Assembly: GCA_030611585.1 (NCBI GenBank)
Contig: JAUWPM010000001.1
Location: forward strand, 1,715-65,714
Length of the DNA: 64,000 nucleotides
From: Methanosarcinales archaeon
Lineage (GTDB): Archaea > Halobacteriota > Syntropharchaeia > Alkanophagales > Methanospirareceae
Direction of reading: 5' to 3'
Part shown: positions 9,600 through 18,247 of the stretch, one piece after another
Position numbering within the stretch: the stretch's first letter is position 1
Layout of the letters: each line of letters begins with the position of its first letter
The notes under the pieces: model-generated
The model's input: only the letters and a program-made list of their open reading frames with translations
Database searches by the model: none
What the model was told of the DNA's origin: nothing
Made by a program: the position numbers and the translations under genes

Positions 9600-9989
9600 A
9601 TGAAAGTATTTATTCACCACATTCAGGAGTACAAGAAAGGCTTGAGAACCCTCGTCCTTCATACGACGAAAGCGTCGAACAGAGATGCAATTGAAAAGAG
9701 GTTGGAAAGGGAAAGGATAGATTATTACATTCAAGAGGTCAACGGAACGAAGATAAACGTCTTCTTCGGCAACCCTGCCTGCATCGAAGTGATCAAACAG
9801 ATGAACTTTGAATCGCTGTCGAACTTAACGGATGAGGAGGATTTTATTCTCGGTACGATGCTGGGCTACGATAGGGTAAAGCAGTGCGAGCGGTATCTTA
9901 AACGGAAACGCAATGGCAATACCGTAGAAAAGGTAGGTAGTAAATCCGTCTATCAGTCCCGTACCGAGGCGATTAGTGTTATTATATAG
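9600..9989 (+). CDS. hypothetical protein (129 aa)
   Basis: ORF with a good RBS context; no recognisable family. Confidence 0.4.
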   Translation: MKVFIHHIQEYKKGLRTLVLHTTKASNRDAIEKRLERERIDYYIQEVNGTKINVFFGNPACIEVIKQMNFESLSNLTDEEDFILGTMLGYDRVKQCERYLKRKRNGNTVEKVGSKSVYQSRTEAISVII

Positions 9990-10019
9990 TCAATCACATC
10001 CATTCCACCCGAGAATATA

Positions 10020-10305
10020 GATGATCATTTTATCTGCGTTAATCAGTGTCTATAAAATTTAACTTTCCGACACAGATTTACACTGATTTTTGGCACAACG
10101 AATTCGGGTTAATTTGTGATGACTGACTATATCCTAACTTGACTTTGTCACATTTCAAATTTACCTTGCCGTGGAGAACGCTGAATTAGAGGTTTAGTTT
10201 ATTAGCGGTTCCGCTCGTTAGCTAAACCTCCAAACCTCCAAACCGCTAACCCTCTATCCTCTGCGTTCTCTGTGAACTCTGCGGTTAATCTGACAATGTC
10301 AACCC
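10020..10305. repeat. composite or nested MITE-like repeats
   Basis: Contains gacacagatttacactgattt (family A left end) and gaattagaggtttagtttattagcggttccgctcgttagctaaacctccaaacc (also at 31560-31680). Also contains the inverted copy of the 3835-3870 end, ctctgcgttctctgtgaactctgcggttaatctgacaatg. Confidence 0.7.
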
Positions 10306-11027
10306 AAAAGGCCAATTAATAAAACACAGACCAATCCTAAAATAAGACCTGTAATACCCACTTTTAAATTCTGTCTTATCTGCGCTGCTGGAATCAGTTC
10401 TTCTATTGAGATGTAAGTCATAAACCCTGCTGCAAGTGCAAGTGACGCACCTAACAACTCTAAAGACGTTCCTTTTAAAAAATAGTAGCCGAAAATAAAG
10501 CCGAGCAATTCAAACAGTATTGTCACCGTTACTATAACAAAGGACATCATTCTCTTTTTCGTTAACCCGTATAAAGGAACGATCGTTGCGATATTCTCCG
10601 GCACGTCCTGTGCTGCAATCCCCAATGCTATCACCATTCCCAATGCGGGTGTTAATGCAAATCCAACTCCAATTGCCAATCCTTCCGGTATGTTATGCAA
10701 TGCCATGCCGATAACGAGCATGGTAACGCTTCTTTCGATCGAAGGCTTTTCTTTCTTGAGTAATTCCGGATTTACGTGTGGCAGGGTTCTATCAATAATC
10801 CGGAACGTGACTATCCCAGTGAGAAAAGCAATAATCACTAAGTAAACGGGTGTGATTTCTAAACTTTCGGGTATCAATTGAAAGAACGATATACCCAGCA
10901 TCATCGAAGCGGCAAATGCTAAGGAACCATATAAAAAGGTCTCTTTTGGTTGCTTTATCAGTCCAATTAAACAACCTAAAGTTTGCCCAACAAAGATTAG
11001 GGATATGATTAATAATAGACTATTCAT
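10299..11027 (-). CDS. zupT: ZIP-family divalent metal transporter
   Basis: Multi-TM protein with the ZIP signature HNIPEGLAIGVGF and a His-rich metal-binding region. Confidence 0.8.
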   Translation of the reverse strand: MNSLLLIISLIFVGQTLGCLIGLIKQPKETFLYGSLAFAASMMLGISFFQLIPESLEITPVYLVIIAFLTGIVTFRIIDRTLPHVNPELLKKEKPSIERSVTMLVIGMALHNIPEGLAIGVGFALTPALGMVIALGIAAQDVPENIATIVPLYGLTKKRMMSFVIVTVTILFELLGFIFGYYFLKGTSLELLGASLALAAGFMTYISIEELIPAAQIRQNLKVGITGLILGLVCVLLIGLLG

Positions 11028-11045
11028 TTTTATTGTATATATACT

Positions 11046-11222
11046 ATAACCCCCTTCTCTTTAAGACACTGATTTACACACAACTTTTTTACCTTCGGTA
11101 AAAACATTGACTAAAATATTCCCGATGTTTTTCTTTTAGCACAGGTTTTCTTTTTGACATTGCCGAAGGCAATGGAACGGCTTAGCCGTTCAAAAAAAGA
11201 AAAAGTGTTGTGTCAACAATTT
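11046..11222. repeat. MITE-like dispersed repeat (family B)
   Basis: ctctttaagacactgatttacacacaacttttttaccttcggtaaaaacattgactaaaatattcc...gtgttgtgtcaacaatttgtgttttc; about 95% identical to 22168-22345. Confidence 0.85.
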
Positions 11223-11860
11223 GTGTTTTCTTGTTTCCCCTCAAACGATTTCCGCTCACACAAAAGTATCTTAACAAAATCTACCAGCCCATAAGTTTCT
11301 TTAAGAATACGAAAACAGTGCTCTTGCAGTAAATCCTCAAGATTCCGTTTCGCAAAATCTCTGTAATACTTGCTCTCGTAAAGTGATGTGAATGACACGT
11401 GCAGCCGTCTATGCAATTTGGTCTTTGGAATGTGATAGTCAACAACGATTATTTTCCTGCTAACTCTTCTCATTTCGTCCAGCACACGATGTCTTACCTC
11501 ATAGGGCATATCACGTAGTGCAAAAGAGATACATGCGTAATCGAAATAATCGTTTTCAAATGGCATTTTCGTAGCATCTGCTACCACAAACCGCACATTT
11601 TCATATTTGTTCTTCTTCTCTGCTATTCTCAACATCTCTCTCGATAGGTCAAGCCCAACGACTTCATAACCTCTTTTCGCAAACGCAAAAGCCTGTGTCC
11701 CGGTTCCAGAGCAGACGTCCAGAATTTTTATTTTGGCTTTTGAGTCAATCATGTCTGCAACCTTGTTCCATATACCGGTTAAAGGCAAAGCAATAAAGTT
11801 ATAGACCGATGCCCATTTTCCAAAGAATCCTCGTATGTATCGGTAGTAATTCTCGTCCAT
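11213..11860 (-). CDS. class I SAM-dependent methyltransferase
   Basis: Motif I ILDVCSGTGTQAFAFAKRGYEVVGLDLS and post-I acidic residue. 215 aa. Confidence 0.75.
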   Translation of the reverse strand: MDENYYRYIRGFFGKWASVYNFIALPLTGIWNKVADMIDSKAKIKILDVCSGTGTQAFAFAKRGYEVVGLDLSREMLRIAEKKNKYENVRFVVADATKMPFENDYFDYACISFALRDMPYEVRHRVLDEMRRVSRKIIVVDYHIPKTKLHRRLHVSFTSLYESKYYRDFAKRNLEDLLQEHCFRILKETYGLVDFVKILLCERKSFEGKQENTNC

Positions 11861-11880
11861 TTTACTTTACTGCTTTAATT

Positions 11881-12792
11881 TCAATCTCTCTTTAAAAACC
11901 TGAATACTTCACCCCTTTGCTCAATCAGCGTGAACAAATTTTCCCGTGCAAAGACATTCATAAATTCTTTCGGGTCGAGATGTTCAGCGGTAGCAAAGAG
12001 AATTCCACCCGATTTCAATACCCGGTGCAACTCCTCCAACAATTTCTCCCGGTCACTTATCATCTAGAGCACGTTGTATAATAAAACAACATCTACGCTC
12101 TCGTCTGGCAATCCGGTATCTCTGTCAGAGAGAATCGTTTTGATGTTCGAAAATCTTTTCTTTTTAATCTCTTTCTCAACTGCCCTTATAGCCAGAGGAT
12201 GAATATCCAGAGCATAAACGACGCCATCATCTCCAACCATTTTCGCCGCCGGGATACTGAAGCTTCCTATTCCGCAACTGTAATCCAGAACAGTTTGTCC
12301 TTTCTTGAGCCCCAGCTCACGTAAGGTTCTTTCGGGCTTTTTAGATATGCTGCGTAGGGTTAATATCGTCTTCATTATCGCAAACCCGACACCAGGCATC
12401 ATCAGCTTATCCGTTCCGCGTTTGAATATCAAGCCCCGGAACATCAAAATAGCCACGATGAATTGAGCAGCAGCAATGCCATCAAATACCATAAATATTG
12501 CCATTTTGTCCGTCAGAAACACTGTTAGCCCTAAATGATAAATCATAATGATGGGCGTAAGTGGAATGATAATTAGAGGTATCAGAGCAGCCAGCCAGTG
12601 CCACAACGGCTTATCCGCTCCACTATACTCTTTGAGTGCGAGAATTCCGATGCTGATTGTTAAAGCACCTGCAATTAATCCATATATCACTCCACGCAGG
12701 TAAACAAGACCGTTGATATAGCAAATTACTTTGAATATGGGGTAGAACAAACCCAGTGAGATATAGAAGGCATACTTTTTAATTATTCTCAT
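11881..12792 (-). pseudogene. membrane-anchored class I SAM-dependent methyltransferase interrupted by an in-frame TAG (12064-12066)
   Basis: ORFs 12064-12792 and 11881-12063 are contiguous and in the same frame. The protein reads ...VDVVLLYNVL*MISDREKLLEELHRVLKSGGILF, so the stop falls inside the conserved motif II-III region of a Methyltransf_11-like fold. The N-terminal half has four TM helices. Confidence 0.6.
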
Positions 12793-12820
12793 TTTGTTTT
12801 ATTTTCGTATATAAAGTATA

Positions 12821-12985
12821 ACTGCATTCTCTTTAAGACACAGATTTACACCGATTTCTTCTTCTGTTGGACTAAGCTATTTTTGACGGCATTGATCTTT
12901 TCACCGTATTTTTTGGTAAAACTTTTTGCTTGCAAAAAGGTTTGTGTTAATCTGCGTCAACAATTTAAGTTTTCTTGATATGCGC
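12821..12985. repeat. MITE-like dispersed repeat (family C, same termini)
   Basis: ctctttaagacacagatttacaccgattt...gtgttaatctgcgtcaacaatttaagttttc; the terminal inverted repeat aagacacagatt / gttaatctgcgtc is retained. Confidence 0.7.
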
Positions 12986-13837
12986 TTGAGAATATTTCGG
13001 AGGAGTGCTCCACCACATCATCACTGCGGAATGCTTCTCTTTACGCAGACCCTTCTCCAAGACGTATTGCTCGATGATTCCCTTCACGTGCGCATCAACC
13101 TCCACGTACTTACCGATAAAACTCGCTATGTACCTTACTTCCTGCTCGAAGTTCCGCTCTACGCTGTAATTCGGCATTCGCACATTCACCGACCTTCCCC
13201 ATTGACGCAGGATTAAGTAAACGAAGTAATCGGCATCGGGGTCAAATTGACCAGTATAATCCTCCCCGGTTATTTTTGTCCACATTTCCGTTACTATATT
13301 ATCTCTTCCCGCAGGTTGTATCACCGCGCAATATCTCCGTGAAGCTTTTTCCATCTTCTTCAAATGCTTCTCAAGGTCTTTTACTTGCCACAAGAAATGA
13401 GAACACACGGCTAAATCGAATCTGTCTTTGATTTCAGGATCGCTAACGTCCAACCAGTTTTTAGTCATTATTTCAACGTTCTCAACCTGGCTTTCCTTCA
13501 GGTTCCTCCTCAGATATTCCACTGCCAGTTCGGAAGATTCAACACACACTATCCTCTTCACCTTCTCGGCTAACGGTACGGTCAGCGTTCCCGGACCCGC
13601 GCCTATTTCCAGAACTTCAAAGTTCTTATTTAGTATCTCGCTCAACGCCTCTACTGCTGTCCTGCCATATTCGTAATCGTTGTATTTCGCCACCTCGGAA
13701 TAGTCCGCAGCGAATTTAGCTCGGAATTCCTGGTCGTAGCCTATTTTCAAGGGCTTCATTCTCTGCTTCTGCATCTCTTCCCAGACTTCTCGCCAATTCA
13801 ATTCTTTCATCCTACTATTAAATTTTCTATCGGACAT
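12965..13837 (-). CDS. class I SAM-dependent methyltransferase
   Basis: Motif I VLEIGAGPGTLTVPLAEKVKRIVCVESS. 290 aa. Confidence 0.7.
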   Translation of the reverse strand: MSDRKFNSRMKELNWREVWEEMQKQRMKPLKIGYDQEFRAKFAADYSEVAKYNDYEYGRTAVEALSEILNKNFEVLEIGAGPGTLTVPLAEKVKRIVCVESSELAVEYLRRNLKESQVENVEIMTKNWLDVSDPEIKDRFDLAVCSHFLWQVKDLEKHLKKMEKASRRYCAVIQPAGRDNIVTEMWTKITGEDYTGQFDPDADYFVYLILRQWGRSVNVRMPNYSVERNFEQEVRYIASFIGKYVEVDAHVKGIIEQYVLEKGLRKEKHSAVMMWWSTPPKYSQAHIKKT

Positions 13838-13845
13838 ACAAAACT

Positions 13846-14643
13846 TTATACCCTCCTCCCGCTTAAATACCCGATTCCCCAGATATTAGCGAGCCTGCCG
13901 AGATTGACACCCGCTTCCTTAAAACCCACAAACTTCGCGTTTTCAATACCCATCTGCTGCACCTTTTCGAGTAGTTCGGGCATGTTCTTCACTTTATATG
14001 CTTTCAAGAAAGAACCGCTAAAAGGGTCGCATATCACGAACACGCCATCAGGTGCGAGTACCCGAATAACTTCTTTGAGGAGGACTATTCGGTCAGGCAC
14101 TTTAATCTCGTGAAAGGCAAATGAACTTACTACTAATTGAAATTCTCCATCCTCGAACGGCAGGTCAAGCGCACTATCAGTTTGGAATGTGCATCTGTTA
14201 CTCACACCTTCTAATCTAGCATTTCTCTCCGCACCTGCTTTCGTCATCCCAAATAGTTTCCAGCCTTTCGTCCACGTATCCACGCCAATTACCTGCGATT
14301 CTGGAAACCGCTTAGCTATTTCGATTGCCACCCGACCAAGTCCTGTTCCAATATCCAGCACTTTACCATTGCCAGCCCAGACGTTTCTTAACAGGTCCAA
14401 GAAATTATCCTTTACGAGTTCTATCTTCTCAGGATCATTCACCCAGCCCATCGAAAGATGCCAGAACGCACCTGAGGAGAGTAAGATCACTCCTAAAACC
14501 CCGCATAAAATAGAACTCCCGGTGGTTGTGAAAACAATTGCAATTGCAAGTGCTATGCTTACAATTCCACCCGCGATTAAAGCCATGATGAAGTATTTCA
14601 TCAGACGGTATCCATAATATGGCTCTACAAGTTTTTCTTTCAT
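13846..14643 (-). CDS. membrane-anchored class I SAM-dependent methyltransferase
   Basis: Two N-terminal TM helices, then VLDIGTGLGRVAIEIAKRF...VGVDTW and VLAPDGVFVICD. Confidence 0.7.
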   Translation of the reverse strand: MKEKLVEPYYGYRLMKYFIMALIAGGIVSIALAIAIVFTTTGSSILCGVLGVILLSSGAFWHLSMGWVNDPEKIELVKDNFLDLLRNVWAGNGKVLDIGTGLGRVAIEIAKRFPESQVIGVDTWTKGWKLFGMTKAGAERNARLEGVSNRCTFQTDSALDLPFEDGEFQLVVSSFAFHEIKVPDRIVLLKEVIRVLAPDGVFVICDPFSGSFLKAYKVKNMPELLEKVQQMGIENAKFVGFKEAGVNLGRLANIWGIGYLSGRRV

Positions 14644-14645
14644 GT

Positions 14646-14796
14646 TTCTCTTTAAGACACGGATTTACACTGATTTACGCGGATTTATTTAGGGTGAAGA
14701 ACAAAGTTGATTTTCATCATTAAGCCCTTTCAGGGCTTGTGGGACGTGGGCGGAGCCCACGAGCGTTAATCTGCGTCAACAATTTAGGTTTTCTTT
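14646..14796. repeat. MITE-like dispersed repeat (family A with GC hairpin)
   Basis: Near-identical to 8801-8945, including the gggacgtgggcggagcccacgagcg hairpin and the ttaatctgcgtcaacaatttaggttttc right end. Confidence 0.8.
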
Positions 14797-14817
14797 TTCC
14801 TCTTTTCTTTTTGCTTT

Positions 14818-15498
14818 TCAATAGACAAACGGTATCACCTTTTTAGTAGTCCTCTCACAATATTCCTCCCATTCCTTACTGAATTCTTGGTGCAGCATCT
14901 TTTCTTCTTTTGTGATACGAATCAACATTAAGAAGCTCATTATAGCTGCCAATACTAAAGCAGGAATGGAAACAAAAACCAAAGCAAGCCCAAACACCCA
15001 GAAAATAATCCCGCTGTATCTCGGATGTCTCATATAGCTGTAGGGACCGTCAGTAACCAATTTATGCTCTTCTTGAATTGTAACATACGCACTGAATTGT
15101 TCGCCTAAGTGTAGCGGACCCCAGACCATAAAAAGATACCCAATAAGAAAGACAATCAGCCCGGAATAACGCAGGACGTCTCCGCCACCCATCACAAAGA
15201 GATTATGGCTTTCTGAGTAAGGGGCAACGAACACTATCAGGAATCCAATCAAGCTTGGAAGCATCACACCAGTCAATTTTTCCTTTGGGTCCACCTTTTC
15301 GCCCTTCTTATTGAATTCTACTCCAAACCTGTTTTTGAATAGCATGGTCAACGTGTTCACGGTAATCGTAACGGCAAACAGTATTGTCCTTGCAGGATGT
15401 GAGAAGAAGCCGTGAATATCGTTAATTCCCCAGCCAAATAGAATTAATAGTGCATAAACCACACCAAAGATGATTGCAGGCATTATTTTCTTAAACAT
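14818..15498 (-). CDS. isoprenylcysteine carboxyl / phospholipid methyltransferase (ICMT/PEMT) family membrane methyltransferase
   Basis: Multi-TM protein with the C-terminal motif MRHPRYSGIIFWVFGLAL...EE typical of ICMT-family enzymes. Confidence 0.7.
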   Translation of the reverse strand: MFKKIMPAIIFGVVYALLILFGWGINDIHGFFSHPARTILFAVTITVNTLTMLFKNRFGVEFNKKGEKVDPKEKLTGVMLPSLIGFLIVFVAPYSESHNLFVMGGGDVLRYSGLIVFLIGYLFMVWGPLHLGEQFSAYVTIQEEHKLVTDGPYSYMRHPRYSGIIFWVFGLALVFVSIPALVLAAIMSFLMLIRITKEEKMLHQEFSKEWEEYCERTTKKVIPFVY

Positions 15499-16195
15499 TT
15501 CTGTTTCCCCCTTTCAACTTCCTTGCCGCAAGAATAAGGCATCTATATTGTCTCGCCTCCTCTGCTGGTCTTACAGTAAAGTCACCAAAACCGGATGATT
15601 CCAGAGCACTCTTTAGTTCATCCTCTGAGAGATGGTGTGTCGGATAGCCCATTAACCTTGTCATCAGCTCTACCATTGTACCGGACACAGGTCCGCATTC
15701 ATCTTCATCCATTGAGAGGTGGTTAGAGACAAAAACTCCGCCGGGAACCATTGCTTTGTTGATTCTCTTGAGGATGTCTTTTAAATGCCCTTTCCATCCG
15801 TATATAACGTGAGATGCAAAAACCAAGTCGTAGCCCTCACCAATCGAAACATCTGTTTTAATGTCAGCACCGATTGTATCTATTCGTTCTGCATAGCCCA
15901 TTTCCGAAATGAGTTCTTTTGCCAATTCAGCAACTTTTGGCAGGTCAAGGATTGTCCCCCTCAATTGTGGATTTTTGTCAAGCAGTGCCATTGTATAAAA
16001 GCCATGACTGCCGCCCAGATCGCACATATTTTTCACATTTGGAAATTCGGGTAATGTTGTAATAAACTCAGTTACATCCTGAATTGAGCCGCCCATTGTT
16101 CCCTGTCCCCCGACTTTCATAGCCTCAATATTAGCCCACATCTCGGTATCAAACTTGGGTGGTCCGTTTTTTAATATCTCTGGCATCTTGCTCAT
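15491..16195 (-). CDS. O-methyltransferase (Methyltransf_2) catalytic domain; N-terminal dimerisation domain lies in the adjacent ORF
   Basis: MCDLGGSHGFYTMALLDKNPQLRGTILDLPKV and VPGGVFVSNH. The preceding ORF 16207-16539 carries the OMT dimerisation/winged-helix domain. The two are separated by 11 nt and a frame change. Confidence 0.65.
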   Translation of the reverse strand: MSKMPEILKNGPPKFDTEMWANIEAMKVGGQGTMGGSIQDVTEFITTLPEFPNVKNMCDLGGSHGFYTMALLDKNPQLRGTILDLPKVAELAKELISEMGYAERIDTIGADIKTDVSIGEGYDLVFASHVIYGWKGHLKDILKRINKAMVPGGVFVSNHLSMDEDECGPVSGTMVELMTRLMGYPTHHLSEDELKSALESSGFGDFTVRPAEEARQYRCLILAARKLKGGNRNV

Positions 16196-16206
16196 GACCT
16201 GACCAA

Positions 16207-16539
16207 TTAATGGGAGAACATGGCAATCGTTGCTCCTTGATACGCAGGAGAGGACTTCACCAAGAAATCTGCAGATAACGGTGTCAATGAATAATCGGCT
16301 CCGTTTTTCTCCAGTAGCTTCAGTGTCACGAGGATATTGGCAAAAGCCTCGGTGAGGTTCTCAATCGTGCCAAGTCTGACTGAAAGAGTGGGGGCATCCA
16401 TTGGCTCTTCGGCAAGCGCATCGAATAGTCCAAGCTCCATTGCTGTGCTTATTACGTTAGGTGCATATCCTTGGTAAAGAATCTCATCCAGAGGTCTAAA
16501 GCTTGCTTTGAGCTGTGGGATGTTCATTTTTCTGCCCAC
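16207..16539 (-). CDS. O-methyltransferase N-terminal dimerisation domain (split from 15491-16195)
   Basis: AMELGLFDALAEEPMDAPTLSVRLG...LLEKNGADYSLTP is typical of the OMT dimerisation domain. Confidence 0.55.
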   Translation of the reverse strand: MGRKMNIPQLKASFRPLDEILYQGYAPNVISTAMELGLFDALAEEPMDAPTLSVRLGTIENLTEAFANILVTLKLLEKNGADYSLTPLSADFLVKSSPAYQGATIAMFSH

Positions 16540-17180
16540 CTTTTAGCAACGGCATACAATAATGCCATTCTATCTTCCGGATGTTTTATCCTTTCCTTTT
16601 TTACAACAGTAAAACCGGATTTAGTTATAAAATCCGCAAATTCATCCAAATTTAACTTATGAAAAACTGGAAGTTGCCCAATTAGTGTAGAAATTGTTAA
16701 TGCAATTTTAAATTTGAAAGATTCTCCAACTCCAACGATTATAGCAATAAACAGACCTCCCGGTTTTAATACTCGTTTTATCTCGGATAAAACATTTTCC
16801 GGATATTTCATATTATGGAGAGCGTTGTTACAAATAACTGTATCAAATATGTCGTTATCAAAAGGAAGTTTATAAGCGTCTTCTACTGAGAATTCTACAT
16901 TCTTAATTTCCTTTTCCATCATCTTTTTCTCAGCCTCTTCTATCATCGGCTGCGATATATCCACGGCGTAAACCTGAGCAGCTTGCTCAGCTACCTTTAG
17001 TGCAACCAAACCTGAGCCAGTGGCAACATCCAGAACGATGTCTCCACTATTAACATCCTCAGATATTTTATCCAGTAGAGACGGGTAGATTTTCCAGTAC
17101 TTCTCTATAAAAGGCTCATATCTGGGCGTAAGTTTATCCCAGTATTTTCTCTCTTTCTCAATTCTTATATTATCTTGCAT
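16524..17180 (-). CDS. class I SAM-dependent methyltransferase (UbiE/COQ5-like)
   Basis: VLDVATGSGLVALKVAEQAAQVYAVDIS and LKPGGLFIAII. The start is placed at the internal Met (MQDNIRIEK) to avoid overlap with the upstream gene; the ORF extends to 17234. Confidence 0.7.
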   Translation of the reverse strand: MQDNIRIEKERKYWDKLTPRYEPFIEKYWKIYPSLLDKISEDVNSGDIVLDVATGSGLVALKVAEQAAQVYAVDISQPMIEEAEKKMMEKEIKNVEFSVEDAYKLPFDNDIFDTVICNNALHNMKYPENVLSEIKRVLKPGGLFIAIIVGVGESFKFKIALTISTLIGQLPVFHKLNLDEFADFITKSGFTVVKKERIKHPEDRMALLYAVAKRWAEK

Positions 17181-17194
17181 TGTTTTTTCCAGCT

Positions 17195-18217
17195 CTATTC
17201 TTTCCTCCCGATGTCGAGGTCTGCCGCACCCCACGGTAAATTCAGCGTGCGACTACGTACGGACTTGAATCCAACCCGAAGCATGGAATCGGCGATTTCA
17301 CCCTGGTCGAAACACATGTCCTGACCCATCAGCGCGAAGGACATCATGGACAACACGACGAAGCCAGTCTTCGTCCGCTCGTGTGTCAGACCCTCGCAGA
17401 AGCTGATGAACACGCCCCCGGGATTTAGCGCATCGTAAATCTTCTTTATAAGCGAGTCAAGGTCGTGCCTGGCAAAGTTAAGCGCGTTGCTCGTCCAGAT
17501 CAGGTCGTATCCCTCTCCAATTGAATCACAGTTATAATCCCCTGCCAGCACGTCCATCCGCTCTTCCATCTCATATTCCTTGATGAAGGTCTTAGCCACT
17601 TTGATTATTGCCGGGCGGTCGAAGATGATACCTTTCATGCTCGGATGCGATGTCACGATGGAAATTCCGACAAGCCCCGGACCGCCTCCCAGGTCCAGCA
17701 TCTTCTTGAATGACGGGAACTCTGGCAGTTCCGAGACGAGTTCAACCGCCTGCTGCGCCACGCCAGCCCGCTCGTAGTTTGCCATGGAGACTGTAAACTG
17801 TGCCCACATTTCCTCGGAGCCCATATCCATTTCCGGTGAGGGCGGAGGAGGTCCTTCTTTGACAAGCTTGGGCAAGTAGTTGAGGGCAGGGTCCCACATC
17901 TGCGACTGGAAGGCGAACATCTGTCCCAGAAATGTTGGACTGCCTTCCACCAGAAAAGCTTGTGCAACGGCGGTGTTCTGATACAAACCATTCTGTTTCG
18001 CTATCAAATCGCTCGCTGCCAGACCGTCTAAGAACAGCCTTGTGTTCACAGGATGGGCATCAATACCTTTCGCCACTGCTTCTGCTGACTTAGGTTCGCT
18101 CAACTGATTGAACACCTTCAGTTCAATGCCCGTCAACATCAGCTTCGATTTAATCGGAGCAACGAGCATCCTATACAGCCCCTCAAAACCGACATTTACT
18201 TCTGGTAGCTTTTTCAT
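17195..18217 (-). CDS. O-methyltransferase (dimerisation domain plus Methyltransf_2)
   Basis: 340 aa with MLDLGGGPGLVGISIVTSHPSMKGIIFDRPAI and ALNPGGVFISF. Confidence 0.75.
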   Translation of the reverse strand: MKKLPEVNVGFEGLYRMLVAPIKSKLMLTGIELKVFNQLSEPKSAEAVAKGIDAHPVNTRLFLDGLAASDLIAKQNGLYQNTAVAQAFLVEGSPTFLGQMFAFQSQMWDPALNYLPKLVKEGPPPPSPEMDMGSEEMWAQFTVSMANYERAGVAQQAVELVSELPEFPSFKKMLDLGGGPGLVGISIVTSHPSMKGIIFDRPAIIKVAKTFIKEYEMEERMDVLAGDYNCDSIGEGYDLIWTSNALNFARHDLDSLIKKIYDALNPGGVFISFCEGLTHERTKTGFVVLSMMSFALMGQDMCFDQGEIADSMLRVGFKSVRSRTLNLPWGAADLDIGRKE

Positions 18218-18247
18218 TGATGTTTTTTCCTTTTGCCTATGATAAAT

